A stretch of 64,000 bases of DNA from Nitrospirota bacterium (GTDB lineage Bacteria; JACPQY01). Every line of letters begins with the position of its first letter. The first letter of the stretch is position 1. Shown piece by piece: positions 17,856 through 28,022 of the stretch. The stretch spans positions 1 through 64,000 of the forward strand of contig JACPAV010000018.1 of NCBI GenBank assembly GCA_016180645.1. Direction: 5' to 3'. The translations under genes and the position numbers were made by a program. The notes under the pieces were generated by a model, which did not search any database, had not been told where the DNA came from, and was given only the letters and a program-made list of their open reading frames with translations.

Positions 17856-19351
17856 AGGCCGTCGCGATTCCCAAGAGCACAAAACAGCTTGCCGCGCTCG
17901 TCAAGCAGGGCGAAGGCACTACACTGGAATTCAAGCGTTCGACAGGCGAACTGAAGGAGGGCATGCAGACGCTGTGCGCCTTCCTGAACGTATCCGGCGG
18001 CACGGTGCTCTTCGGGGTTCGGCCCGAAGGCACGATTGAGGGACAGGATGTTTCCGACAAGACGCTCCGCGACATCGCACAGGCCGCAGCTCGTTTCGAG
18101 CCTCCCGCTCATGTTGCCATTGAGCGCATCAAGATCAAAGTGGGCCGCATGGTTGTGATCGTCACGGCCGAGAGCGGTCGGGATGTCCGTCCCTTCACCT
18201 ATGAAGGCCATCCCTACGAGCGCCTGGGCAGCACGACGCGCCGGATGCCGCAGGCGAAGTACGAGCGTCTGCTCGTCGATCGCGGCCACGCGAAGCGTCG
18301 CTGGGAGAACCTCCCCGCCGAAGGCCTGGCGCTGAAGGACTTGGACCGCAAAGAGATCCTGCGCACGCGCGAGCTGGCCATTCAGCAGAACCGGATTTCG
18401 CCGGACACCCGCCGGGACGTCGGCGAAATCCTCGACCGGTTGGGATTGCGGATTGACAGTGTTCTCACGCAGGCCGCACTGATACTTTACGGCAAGAGAT
18501 TCCTGCCGGATTACCCTCAATGCCTCTTGAAAATGGGCCGGTTCCGGGGAACGGAGATTACCGGCGAGATCGTGGACAACCGGCAGGAATACATGAACGC
18601 CTTTGCCATGGTACGCGAGGGAATGGAATTCCTGAAGCGAACCATGCCCCTGGGTGCGCGCTTCCCCGAGGGACAGATTTTTCGTGAAGATCGTTTCCCC
18701 ATCCCCTTGGACGCTCTCCGGGAAATCCTCCTCAACGCCGTCATGCACCGCGACTACTCCCACTACTCCGGCCACGTCGCCATTGTGGTCTTTGACGACC
18801 GGGTCGAGATCAGAAGCTACGGTCGCCTGCCCAATGGCGTGACGCTGAAGCAGCTTTCGGGGAAACATATATCAAAGCCGACCAATCCCCTGATCGCCGG
18901 GGCCTTTCACCGCACGGGCGCGGTGGAGGTTTGGGGCCAGGGAACCAACCGCGTGATCGCGGCCTGCAAACGTCACGGAGCCGCCCCTCCGAAATTCGAG
19001 GAATTGCAGGGGTTCCTGATCGTAACGTTCAGAGCACAGATGGTCGCCGGGGGCAAGACGGAGGTTGCCGGGGCCCAGTCAGGAGCCCAGTGGAGGGCCC
19101 AGTCAGGGGCCCAGTCGGTTCGGGTTCTGAACGTCTTGTCACGGAGTGCCTTGTCCGCTCGTGCGCTGGCAGAAGCCCTTGGGCTGCGAAGCAAGACCGG
19201 CGCATTGAAGCGGACTCTCAACGAATTGCTCGCTGAAGGATTGATCGAGTACACGTTGCCTGAAAAGCCCAGCAGCCGCCTGCAAAAGTACCGTCTTACT
19301 CGGGCTGGGGAGAAGGCGCAGAAAACGCACAGCGGAAAGGATGGGAAATGA
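17852..19351 (+). CDS. AlbA_2 (Schlafen-like) + HATPase_c_4 + winged-HTH protein
   Basis: EGTTLEFK...CAFLN..GG; LREILLNAVMHRDY; YTLPEKPSSRLQKYRLT. Confidence 0.85.
   Translation: MKAVAIPKSTKQLAALVKQGEGTTLEFKRSTGELKEGMQTLCAFLNVSGGTVLFGVRPEGTIEGQDVSDKTLRDIAQAAARFEPPAHVAIERIKIKVGRMVVIVTAESGRDVRPFTYEGHPYERLGSTTRRMPQAKYERLLVDRGHAKRRWENLPAEGLALKDLDRKEILRTRELAIQQNRISPDTRRDVGEILDRLGLRIDSVLTQAALILYGKRFLPDYPQCLLKMGRFRGTEITGEIVDNRQEYMNAFAMVREGMEFLKRTMPLGARFPEGQIFREDRFPIPLDALREILLNAVMHRDYSHYSGHVAIVVFDDRVEIRSYGRLPNGVTLKQLSGKHISKPTNPLIAGAFHRTGAVEVWGQGTNRVIAACKRHGAAPPKFEELQGFLIVTFRAQMVAGGKTEVAGAQSGAQWRAQSGAQSVRVLNVLSRSALSARALAEALGLRSKTGALKRTLNELLAEGLIEYTLPEKPSSRLQKYRLTRAGEKAQKTHSGKDGK
19070..19117 (+). repeat. 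4 x 12-bp in-frame tandem repeat (GAQS)
   Basis: ggggcccagtca ggagcccagtgg agggcccagtca ggggcccagtcg. Confidence 0.8.
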
Positions 19352-20832
19352 TCTACGCCCTCTGCGTATTGGGTGGTTTGCTAATCGGCGGCCTTGTGGC
19401 TTGGCTGCTCGCGTCCGCACGCGTTGCAAAATCCCTGACCGCCAAAATTGAGGAGCTTGCGAGGCAGGCGAACACGGCCGAGGGTCGGGCCTCTGGACTG
19501 GAAGGGACCATCGCAGAACTGCGTGCGCAGAATCAGAAGGCTTCCGACGACTTCACGAAGCTCCGAGAGCAGTTGGCCGGCGAGAACAGCGCAAGGGTGA
19601 AGGCGGAAACCCAACTGGCGGAAACCGTCCAACGGCTTGAAGAAGAGAAGAAACTTCTTGAGGATGCGAAGGTCAAGCTCACGGACACCTTCAAGGTGCT
19701 CGCCGGGGACACGCTCAACAACAACACGACGGCGTTCCTGAAACTGGCGAAGGAGACACTCGATAAGGTTCTCACGGACGCAAAGGGAGACCTCGGCAAG
19801 CGCCAGGAGGCCATTCAAGGAATGGTCAAGCCCTTGTCGGAATCCATCACGAAATTCGAGGAGCATGTCCGCACGATTGAGAAGAACAGGCAGGAGGCGT
19901 ATTCGGGGCTGACTGAGCACCTGAAGGGCCTCTCTGCAAGCCAGCAGCAACTTCAGAAGGAAACCGCGAACTTGGTCACGGCCCTGCGAAAGCCGCAGGT
20001 GCGAGGCCGTTGGGGAGAGATGACGCTGCGCCGGGTGGTGGAATTGGCGGGAATGTCCGAGCACTGCGACTTCGCCGAACAGGTCACCGCCAATACCGAC
20101 CTGCCTGCCGCGGCGCGGACCTCCGCGGCGCAGGCAGGGGAAGGCAGGCAGCGCCCCGATCTCATCGTTCGCCTGCCCGCCCAGCGCGAAATCGTCGTGG
20201 ACGCGAAGGTATCTCTGGAAGCCTATTTGGACGCAGTCGCTGCGGACTCGGAAGAAACGCGGAAAGTTGCCATGGCGCGGCACGCGGCGCAGGTCCGCAG
20301 TCACATGAACGCTCTTGCCAACAAGCAATACTGGGCGCAGTTCACCCAAGCCCCTGAATTCGTCGTGATGTTCATTCCCGGCGAGTCGTTTTTCGGTGCT
20401 GCGGTGGACGCGGATCACAGCCTTATCGAAGATGGCCTGGAACAACGCGTGGTGTTGGCGACCCCCACGACCCTGATAGCCCTCCTTCGTGCCGTGGCTT
20501 ATGGCTGGCGGCAGGAACAGGTCGCCAAGAACGCTCAGGAGATCAGCGAACTCGGAAAGCAGCTCTACGAACGCATGAGAATCTTTGCCGAGCACATCGG
20601 CGAAGTCGGCAAAGGGCTTGAGAAGGCCAATGCCTCTTACAACAGCGCCGTAGGGTCGATGGAGGCGCGGGTCCTTCCGGCCGCGCGGCGATTCAAGGAT
20701 CTTGGGGCCGCGCCCGGTGCCGAAGTTCCTCTGGTTCAACCCATCGAAACGACGCCGCGCGTACTCACGGCACCTGAACTTTCGGAAGACCAGTCTGAAC
20801 AGCAGGACATTGCTGGGGAGGATGGGAAATGA
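19348..20832 (+). CDS. rmuC: RmuC-family protein
   Basis: N-terminal TM segment and coiled coil; RGRWGEMTL, RPD, VDAK, PEFVVMFIPGE, ATPTTL. Confidence 0.93.
   Translation: MIYALCVLGGLLIGGLVAWLLASARVAKSLTAKIEELARQANTAEGRASGLEGTIAELRAQNQKASDDFTKLREQLAGENSARVKAETQLAETVQRLEEEKKLLEDAKVKLTDTFKVLAGDTLNNNTTAFLKLAKETLDKVLTDAKGDLGKRQEAIQGMVKPLSESITKFEEHVRTIEKNRQEAYSGLTEHLKGLSASQQQLQKETANLVTALRKPQVRGRWGEMTLRRVVELAGMSEHCDFAEQVTANTDLPAAARTSAAQAGEGRQRPDLIVRLPAQREIVVDAKVSLEAYLDAVAADSEETRKVAMARHAAQVRSHMNALANKQYWAQFTQAPEFVVMFIPGESFFGAAVDADHSLIEDGLEQRVVLATPTTLIALLRAVAYGWRQEQVAKNAQEISELGKQLYERMRIFAEHIGEVGKGLEKANASYNSAVGSMEARVLPAARRFKDLGAAPGAEVPLVQPIETTPRVLTAPELSEDQSEQQDIAGEDGK
20100..20138. repeat. 39-bp palindromic REP-like insertion in rmuC
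   Basis: cctgcctgc...gcaggcagg terminal inverted repeat with inner cgcgga/tccgcg hairpin. Confidence 0.75.
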
Positions 20833-23792
20833 CACAGCAAATATCCCCTTATCAAGATCTCTTGGAGACATTGGACCAGCTTCGGATACGGACCGCTCGG
20901 TTTCGCCGAGTGGCGCTTCACCTGCACTCTCCGGACAGTTACGACTGGAACCGTACGGGGGACAAGACGCTCAATGACCGCGAAAGGCTAATCGCTGACG
21001 ACGGTGATAGCGAGTTCATCGGCGCGTTGAAAAAGCATCTCGACCTAGTCGTCATAACCGACCACATGAGATGCACCTACGCCAGCCGGGTATCCCAGCT
21101 CAGTCGAGGTGAAAAGAACTTCCTGGTCTTGCCTGGAATGGAAGTGAACTTCCAGCCAGAGGCGGCCATCAGTTGCTTTCGCGTGCATCTTCTCATCGTC
21201 CTTCCCGAGGGAGCAACCGTGGAGAAGTTCAGTCGAATTTTCGCAGGGGTGAAAGACATTCCAGACGATGAGAAAAGAGAAGGTCAGGAGGAGGTCCAAA
21301 ACCTGCGCCTGTCGGACTTTATTAAGCATGTTCACGACGAAGGCGGCTTGTGCGTCGCGGCACATGTCAATTCCCAGCAAGGCATCCGTCACCTTTTCCG
21401 ACAAACCGGCGCGGAAATCATCAAACAATTCACCTCCGATCCAGCCGCCCAGGAAGAGCAGGAAAAAGATCTCTCTACGGAACTCAAGAAATACCTGTTT
21501 TCCGTCGAGTTCGATGCTCTTGAGATCGCGAAAGCGGCGGACAAAAGGCACTACCGCTGGTCCATGCCCGAGAAGGGGTATGAGGTTGCAATCCCCGTGA
21601 CGATGCGATTTGACGCACACTGCATAGAAGACTTTTCACGGACTGACTTGGTTACTTGGATCAAGATGACCACTCTTGGCCTTAAGGGGCTCCGCGACGC
21701 ATTGAAAATTCCAGAGACGCGAATCCGATTCGCAACTGACCTGCCCATGCCACCCAGTCCCCGACTCCTTGGAATTGAAATCTTGGGTGACAGCAGCTCC
21801 CTATTTGAGAAAGAACGCATCGCCTTTGCCGAAAACCTCAATTGCCTCATCGGACCAAGAGGATCGGGAAAATCCACTATCGTCGAGGCGCTGCGCTACG
21901 TGTTCGGCTATAATCGCACACTTTCAGAACTCGACTCGACGAACAAGCTCTCCGAACGCATCCGTGAGATGCAAGAAGCAAATCTATCCGGATGTCTGAT
22001 CCGTGTCGTCTATCAAACCCGGTCCGGCGAGAAGCGGGTTCTTGAAGCAACATTCGACCCACAGGAGGATTACGTCACCAAGGTATTCGATGCCGATGGC
22101 GAGCCACTTTCCGTTGCTGATGTTGAATCGAGCGGCGATTATCCCGTGCGACTCTTCGGATGGAGCGAAATCGAGACGCTCGGCCGGGACACCGCACGGC
22201 AGCGGGATTTATTGGACCGTCTTATCGTGGAATTGCCCCCGGTCAAGCAGGAACGTGACGAACTGACCCAGCAGTTCCAGGCTAACCGAAAAGAAATTGA
22301 GAAGACTATAGCCGATCTCAAGGCCATCTATCATCGCAACAATGGTGTGATTCGTCGCTTTTCCGAATATAAGGCTGCCTTCGAGAAGATCAACACGGAG
22401 GACGTTAAGAAGCATTTCGGCGATCTCGACCTCGCCCAGATGAAAGGGCAAGCGTTGGAGCTCATCAAGAAGAACGTCGATTCTTTTAGCTCCAAGGTAA
22501 GCGCACTTGACGCTACTTCCCTACGTGAGGGATTGTCTGAACTTCTCGAATCCGCACCACAGGAACTCCGTGACTGGTGGATGAACAATGCCACGCCGAT
22601 ACTGCACATTGTAGAATCCGAGGCAGATGTGCAGAAAACACTTTCGTCCGCGACCCATGCGTTGACGGGACTGGCCGGACTGATCGTTCAGAATATCGCG
22701 GTTGCCAAAGCTGAAATCGAGGCGATCCAGTTGAGAATAAGGGGGTCATTGGCAGACGACTCATCCATGCAAAAGATCGCGGATCTTCGCTCGAACGCCG
22801 AGCGTCGATTACGCGAGGCATCCGCGGTCCGCGACGAGTACCTGAAAACATGGAAACGCTTGCAAACCTCGTTGACATTGCGGGAAAACTCCGCGGGCAA
22901 GATTGTAGAAATCCACGAACGGATTGCAGAAATCCGAGCTGCCAGTAATCTGAAGATAGAGACGACGCTCAATCAATACCTTGCCGGCCACATGAAGGTG
23001 TCGCTTAGTTTCCGTGCTGGGTGTGATACACAGGCGTTTGCTGATTCGGTCGTCAAGAAAAAGGTCGCCGCATCGTTCGCCACGCAGTACAAGAACCGAC
23101 GAATTCCAGACATTCTCGCCGCCCATTTCAATCCCTTCACCCTAGTGCGTGCGCTTCTTGGCGGCGATCCCCACGCCTTTGAGGGAAAGCAGTTGCCAGA
23201 CGATCCGTCAGCCCAGATCACCGCCACTGAAGCTCAGAAGGCGGTGGATGCATGGAAACCGTGGGGGAAGGATGAAGCCGCTCAAGTCGAAGCCCTGAAT
23301 GAGGACGGCGAACGTCTCACGAATCTGTTGAAGCTGCAGGAGGTCGAATGGGACGACGAGGAGAGCATTCTCCTCAATGACAGACCTGTTGGAGAGTTAT
23401 CGCCCGGGCAGCGGTCCAGTGCCATGTTACCGCTCATTGCATTGGCGGAGTCGACTCCGCTCGTCATCGACCAACCCGAAGACAATCTCGACAACCGCCT
23501 TATTGGCCAGATTTTGGCGGACATCCTCGCGGCGCTGAAGGAAAGGCGGCAAATCATCGTCTGCACACATAATCCGAATATCGTTGTTTCCGGTGATGCT
23601 GAGCAAGTGATCGTTCTGAATGCGATTAGCGACCGCAAGGCGACTGTGGAGAAACACGGTTCAATTGACAACGACGACATCGTGCAGTCGGTCATTGACA
23701 TCATGGAAGGTGGGCGCGATGCCTTCCGTGTTCGACAGCATCGCTATGGTATGGATCTCCCACCCGCCCTTGCAGTGGTGGGTGGCGCATGA
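20829..23792 (+). CDS. PHP phosphoesterase-ABC ATPase fusion (Ppl/TrlF-like)
   Basis: LHLHSP, ITDH, PGME, AAH, DAH; GPRGSGKST, LSPGQR, DQPEDNLD, THN. Confidence 0.88.
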   Translation: MTQQISPYQDLLETLDQLRIRTARFRRVALHLHSPDSYDWNRTGDKTLNDRERLIADDGDSEFIGALKKHLDLVVITDHMRCTYASRVSQLSRGEKNFLVLPGMEVNFQPEAAISCFRVHLLIVLPEGATVEKFSRIFAGVKDIPDDEKREGQEEVQNLRLSDFIKHVHDEGGLCVAAHVNSQQGIRHLFRQTGAEIIKQFTSDPAAQEEQEKDLSTELKKYLFSVEFDALEIAKAADKRHYRWSMPEKGYEVAIPVTMRFDAHCIEDFSRTDLVTWIKMTTLGLKGLRDALKIPETRIRFATDLPMPPSPRLLGIEILGDSSSLFEKERIAFAENLNCLIGPRGSGKSTIVEALRYVFGYNRTLSELDSTNKLSERIREMQEANLSGCLIRVVYQTRSGEKRVLEATFDPQEDYVTKVFDADGEPLSVADVESSGDYPVRLFGWSEIETLGRDTARQRDLLDRLIVELPPVKQERDELTQQFQANRKEIEKTIADLKAIYHRNNGVIRRFSEYKAAFEKINTEDVKKHFGDLDLAQMKGQALELIKKNVDSFSSKVSALDATSLREGLSELLESAPQELRDWWMNNATPILHIVESEADVQKTLSSATHALTGLAGLIVQNIAVAKAEIEAIQLRIRGSLADDSSMQKIADLRSNAERRLREASAVRDEYLKTWKRLQTSLTLRENSAGKIVEIHERIAEIRAASNLKIETTLNQYLAGHMKVSLSFRAGCDTQAFADSVVKKKVAASFATQYKNRRIPDILAAHFNPFTLVRALLGGDPHAFEGKQLPDDPSAQITATEAQKAVDAWKPWGKDEAAQVEALNEDGERLTNLLKLQEVEWDDEESILLNDRPVGELSPGQRSSAMLPLIALAESTPLVIDQPEDNLDNRLIGQILADILAALKERRQIIVCTHNPNIVVSGDAEQVIVLNAISDRKATVEKHGSIDNDDIVQSVIDIMEGGRDAFRVRQHRYGMDLPPALAVVGGA

Positions 23793-26700
23793 TCCCCAAG
23801 GAATGTAAACGCCTGGCGGAGGTGGATTTTCCGATTGCGGTGGTGTCAAAGCACGCCGCGCGGGAGAAATCGATCCGGCATGGACACCCGAGCACACTGC
23901 ACCTCTGGTGGGCGCGGCGACCACTCGCCTCGTGCCGGGCGATGCTGCTTGGGCTTCTGCTCCCTGATCCGTGCGACGAGCACTGCCCCAAGGAATTCAA
24001 GGATCGGGCACGGGCACTCCTGCCCCACACGGTCGGGCCTACGGATGAAGACCTGCGCAAAGGGCTTCTGAAATTCATCGGGGATTTCTCAAACTGGGAT
24101 CTGGCCAATAATCCTGCGTATGTTGAGGCAGGGCGCGGCCTCGTGAAGGCCGCACACGGGGAGGAAGCGCCTCTCGTCGTAGATCCATTCGCCGGCGGCG
24201 GATCGATCCCCCTTGAGGCCCTGCGGCTGGGCTGCGAGGCGTTTGCCTCGGACCTCAACCCCGTGGCCTGCCTCATCCTCAAGGTCATGCTGGAGGACAT
24301 TCCACGCCACGGCCCGAAGCTTGCCGAGGAACTCCGGCGCGTGGGCGGTGAGATCAAGAAAGCGGCAGCAGAAGAACTGGCTGAGTTCTATCCTCACGAT
24401 CCCGATGGTGCCACGCCCATCGCCTACCTCTGGGCGCGAACGGTGCGCTGCGAAGCTCCGAACTGCGGCGCGGAGATTCCGCTCATGCGCTCATTCTGGC
24501 TCTGCAAGAAAGCGAACCGGCGACGCGCGCTTCGGCCAAAAGTTGTAAAGCGCCGCGGCGAACAACGGAGAATCGATTTCGAGATCTTTGAGCCGAAAAA
24601 GGAGAGCGATGTGGGAGCCGGGACGGTCACCCGAGCGAAGGCGACGTGTCTATGCTGCAATGCTGTTCTTCCACCGGAACGGGTGCGGGCGCAACTCGCG
24701 GCCCAGCGCGGCGGCGCGGATGTTATTTTCGATGGCAAAGGGAACCGCAGCGGCGGTGCGGTCATGGCGGCGGTAGTGACGCTGCATCCGGGCAAGCCAG
24801 GGCGCAACTACCGCCTGTCCACAGTGCGCGAGTATCAGGCCGTCTGGAGGGCACAGAAGCGGCTCAAGTCGATCCTCGGCGAGTGGGAACGTGGCGGCAA
24901 GAAGGGGCTTTGCCCGGTGCCGGATGAAGTGATCTCGCTCAACGAGATTCGCAGGATTAGTGTTCCGATCTACGGAATGAGCAGTTGGGGCGACCTGCTC
25001 ACTTCGCGGCAAAAGATCGCGTTGGTGACTCTCGCTCGGTTTGCTCGCGAGCGACTAATTGAGGGTGAGGCTGCACTATCGACTGCTCTTGCGCTGGGGG
25101 TGGATCGAGCAGCGGATCAGCTGTCTAGCTTGGTGCGGTGGTTAGAAACCATCGAGGCCATCGCGAGCACTTTCGGGCGTCAGGCCATCGGAATGGTGTG
25201 GGACTTCTGTGAGACAATTCCCATCGGCGATCACTCGTCCAACTTCGGAGCCGCGCTCGAATGGATAGCGAAGGTCATTCAACACTGGCCAGCGTCGAGT
25301 ACCGGTCAGGTTCAGGTTGCAGACGCGGCCAATCACCCACTTCCCGACCAGACAACTTCGATTTGGTTCACCGATCCACCCTACTATGACGCCGTACCCT
25401 ACGCGCACTTGTCAGACTACTTCTACGTGTGGCTGCGGCGAATCTTTCCGATCACCGGCGGGACGCACTTTGGTTCGGAGGTGTCGCCGAAGGATGCCGA
25501 GATCGTTGTAGACAGACCGCACACTCGGAGTACTTCCAAGAAGAATGCGACTTCCTACGAAGCTGGGATGGCCACCGCCTTCAGAGAAGGGCGACGTATC
25601 CTTTCTCAAGAAGGTGTCGGCTCGGTAGTGTTTGCTCATAAGACAACCGAAGGTTGGGAAGCCTTGCTGTCCGGGATGATTCGTGGTGGATGGACGATCA
25701 CGGGCTCGTGGCCCATTGCGACAGAAAGGACTGCGCGGGTCAATGCACAGGAGACAGCTTCCCTCGCCACCAGCGTCCACCTCGTCTGCCGCCCGCGGCC
25801 AAGAGATGCCGGCGTGGGCGACTGGGGCGAAGTCCTACGGGAACTGCCCAAGCGCGTCGGAGATTGGATGGAGCGCCTACAGGGCGAGGGCATTCGCGGT
25901 GCGGACTTGGTCTTTGCCTGTATCGGCCCGGCATTGGAAATTTACAGCCGATACTCGAAGGTTGTGGATGCGGAGGAACGCGAGATTCCGCTTGGGGGCA
26001 ATCCTGAGGCAAAAGAACCTCACCTACGCGGCTACCTTGCCTACGTATGGGAAATCGTCGGTCGGATAGCTCTTGAGCACGTGCTCGGCACCGCGGAAGC
26101 GAAGGCCAGAAACGGCGCGGCCGGAGCTTTGGAAGAGGACGCGAGGCTGACGGCGCTGTTTCTGTGGACGTTGCAGAGTACCCAACAGGAAGGCAAAAGT
26201 GAAAAGGGAAAAGGCAAAATTGAGGAGATGGAAGATGAGGCGCCAGAAGAGATAGATGAAGATGAAGACATTCCGCGAGGGAAGACGTCGGGATACAGCC
26301 TCGTTTTTGATGTGGTCCGGCGGTTTGCGCAGCCCTTGGGGATCAAGCTCCCGGAATGGGAAGACCGCGTCATCGAAACGAAAAAAGGCGTGGTGCGACT
26401 CTTCGCGGTGTCCGAGCGAGCAAAACAACTCTTCGGCTCGGATGGCGCCCGCGCCGTGGCCGATCAAATCGAGAAAGACCCGGCCTCGGCGAGCCAATTG
26501 GTCCTCTTCGGCGAACGGCAGGAGGAACTTCCGCTTAGGAAGAAGGGACGCACCAGGAAGTCGGGTGGTCAGGTATCCGATGAGGCCATGAAGCCCCAGC
26601 GTGAAGCGACCACGCTCGACCGCGTCCACGCGGCTATGCTTCTTCAGGCCGGCGGCCGAACCAACGCCCTCCGCGCCCTCCTCAAGGCCGAGCAAGACCG

Positions 26701-26806
26701 TGGCCCAGACTTCGAGCGCCTCGCCAATTCCCTCTCCGCCCTCTATCCCCGGTACAGCGAAGAAAAACGCCTCCTGGACGCAATGCTCCTCGCCGTGCCA
26801 AGATAG
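23789..26806 (+). CDS. DUF1156 DNA adenine methyltransferase
   Basis: LHLWWARRPL, DPFAGGGSIPLE, TDPPYY. Confidence 0.92.
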   Translation: MIPKECKRLAEVDFPIAVVSKHAAREKSIRHGHPSTLHLWWARRPLASCRAMLLGLLLPDPCDEHCPKEFKDRARALLPHTVGPTDEDLRKGLLKFIGDFSNWDLANNPAYVEAGRGLVKAAHGEEAPLVVDPFAGGGSIPLEALRLGCEAFASDLNPVACLILKVMLEDIPRHGPKLAEELRRVGGEIKKAAAEELAEFYPHDPDGATPIAYLWARTVRCEAPNCGAEIPLMRSFWLCKKANRRRALRPKVVKRRGEQRRIDFEIFEPKKESDVGAGTVTRAKATCLCCNAVLPPERVRAQLAAQRGGADVIFDGKGNRSGGAVMAAVVTLHPGKPGRNYRLSTVREYQAVWRAQKRLKSILGEWERGGKKGLCPVPDEVISLNEIRRISVPIYGMSSWGDLLTSRQKIALVTLARFARERLIEGEAALSTALALGVDRAADQLSSLVRWLETIEAIASTFGRQAIGMVWDFCETIPIGDHSSNFGAALEWIAKVIQHWPASSTGQVQVADAANHPLPDQTTSIWFTDPPYYDAVPYAHLSDYFYVWLRRIFPITGGTHFGSEVSPKDAEIVVDRPHTRSTSKKNATSYEAGMATAFREGRRILSQEGVGSVVFAHKTTEGWEALLSGMIRGGWTITGSWPIATERTARVNAQETASLATSVHLVCRPRPRDAGVGDWGEVLRELPKRVGDWMERLQGEGIRGADLVFACIGPALEIYSRYSKVVDAEEREIPLGGNPEAKEPHLRGYLAYVWEIVGRIALEHVLGTAEAKARNGAAGALEEDARLTALFLWTLQSTQQEGKSEKGKGKIEEMEDEAPEEIDEDEDIPRGKTSGYSLVFDVVRRFAQPLGIKLPEWEDRVIETKKGVVRLFAVSERAKQLFGSDGARAVADQIEKDPASASQLVLFGERQEELPLRKKGRTRKSGGQVSDEAMKPQREATTLDRVHAAMLLQAGGRTNALRALLKAEQDRGPDFERLANSLSALYPRYSEEKRLLDAMLLAVPR

Positions 26807-26817
26807 CGCCATCACTC

Positions 26818-27246
26818 ATGCTGACCCAGGCGGAGGCCGATCTTCTGATTGCGATGAAGAAAACTTTCGCAGATCCCAAACCCCTGCGGCTCACACCGGG
26901 ACGTAAGCGAGTGTATGAACTGCTCGGCGATGACAAGAAGGAACAATTCCTACTCGACATATGGCGGGCAAGCCTGAAGTTATCGAAAGTGTCCTTCAAC
27001 ACCCGGGGCAGGAAGGTGGTCGTGCTGGTACGAGTTGATCTGGACGGGGCACCGCACACGAACCCAGATGAAACCAAGATTGGGGGAAGCCACATACACT
27101 TGTACCGTGAGGGCTACGATGACAAGTGGGCATACCCTCTCGACCAATCTGAATTCAGGAAACCGTCAAGCGTTGTCCAAACCCTCCTCGATTTTCTCGC
27201 CTATTGCAGAATTGGCGGATATCCTCCCGTCCAGGACGAGAACTGA
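26818..27246 (+). CDS. DUF6978-like protein
   Basis: LVRVDLDGAPHTNPD...HIHLYREGYDDKWAYP. Confidence 0.7.
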   Translation: MLTQAEADLLIAMKKTFADPKPLRLTPGRKRVYELLGDDKKEQFLLDIWRASLKLSKVSFNTRGRKVVVLVRVDLDGAPHTNPDETKIGGSHIHLYREGYDDKWAYPLDQSEFRKPSSVVQTLLDFLAYCRIGGYPPVQDEN

Positions 27247-28013
27247 TGAACCGTCTGGAATGTGAACAATTGGTGGAGTCATACGTCGAGTGGATCAAGA
27301 AAGGACTCTCGGTCGCCCAACTTCAAGACGCCTGCGAATTGACCACACCGTTCCTGGACAGACACAATGACCACCTGCAAATCTACGCCCAGAAGAAGGA
27401 TGGCAAGATTCTGATCACCGACGACGGATATATCCTTGCGGACTTGGAAACGAGCGGGATGGACCTGCTTACTCCGAAGCGACGAGCCGTCCTCGAGACG
27501 ATGTTGAAGGGATACGGCGTCAGGATGGAGGAGGATCGTTTGATCGTGGATGCCACACCCCGCAATCTTGGGCAACGCATTCATTCGCTGGTTCAAGCGA
27601 TGCTTTCAATCAATGACATGTTTGTGATGGCCCAGCCTCGGGTCTCCGGTTTTTTCTGGGAGGACGTAAGAGGCTTTCTGGATGAGAACAGGATCCGATA
27701 TAGCCCTCGCGTAAAAATATCTGGCAGAAGCGGATTCGATCAGGCAATCGATTTTCTAATCCCAAAATCCCAGAGCCGGCCTGAACGACTGATACAAGCG
27801 ATCAACACGCCAAGCAAGAACACTATCGGTTTCTATCTCTTTTCCCTCTCGGACACTCGTGAGGCAAGGGTGGACGCTTCCGAAGCGTATGCATTTCTGA
27901 ATGATCAAGATCGCAAGGTGGGTGGCGAGATCATGGATGCACTGCAAGTCTATGAGGTGAAACCCGTGATTTGGAGTGGACGCCAGCAGGCTGTTCATGC
28001 ATTGGCCGAATAG
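27246..28013 (+). CDS. DUF1828/DUF1829-domain protein
   Basis: ELTTPFLDRHNDHLQIY, ITDDG, GRSG...DFLIP, FLND; start overlaps the upstream stop. Confidence 0.8.
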   Translation: MNRLECEQLVESYVEWIKKGLSVAQLQDACELTTPFLDRHNDHLQIYAQKKDGKILITDDGYILADLETSGMDLLTPKRRAVLETMLKGYGVRMEEDRLIVDATPRNLGQRIHSLVQAMLSINDMFVMAQPRVSGFFWEDVRGFLDENRIRYSPRVKISGRSGFDQAIDFLIPKSQSRPERLIQAINTPSKNTIGFYLFSLSDTREARVDASEAYAFLNDQDRKVGGEIMDALQVYEVKPVIWSGRQQAVHALAE

Positions 28014-28022
28014 GGCGAGAGC

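Noticed and set aside
17774-20871. Long minus-strand ORFs (364 aa, 496 aa)
   Set aside because: Antisense to the AlbA and rmuC genes; expected in GC-rich DNA.
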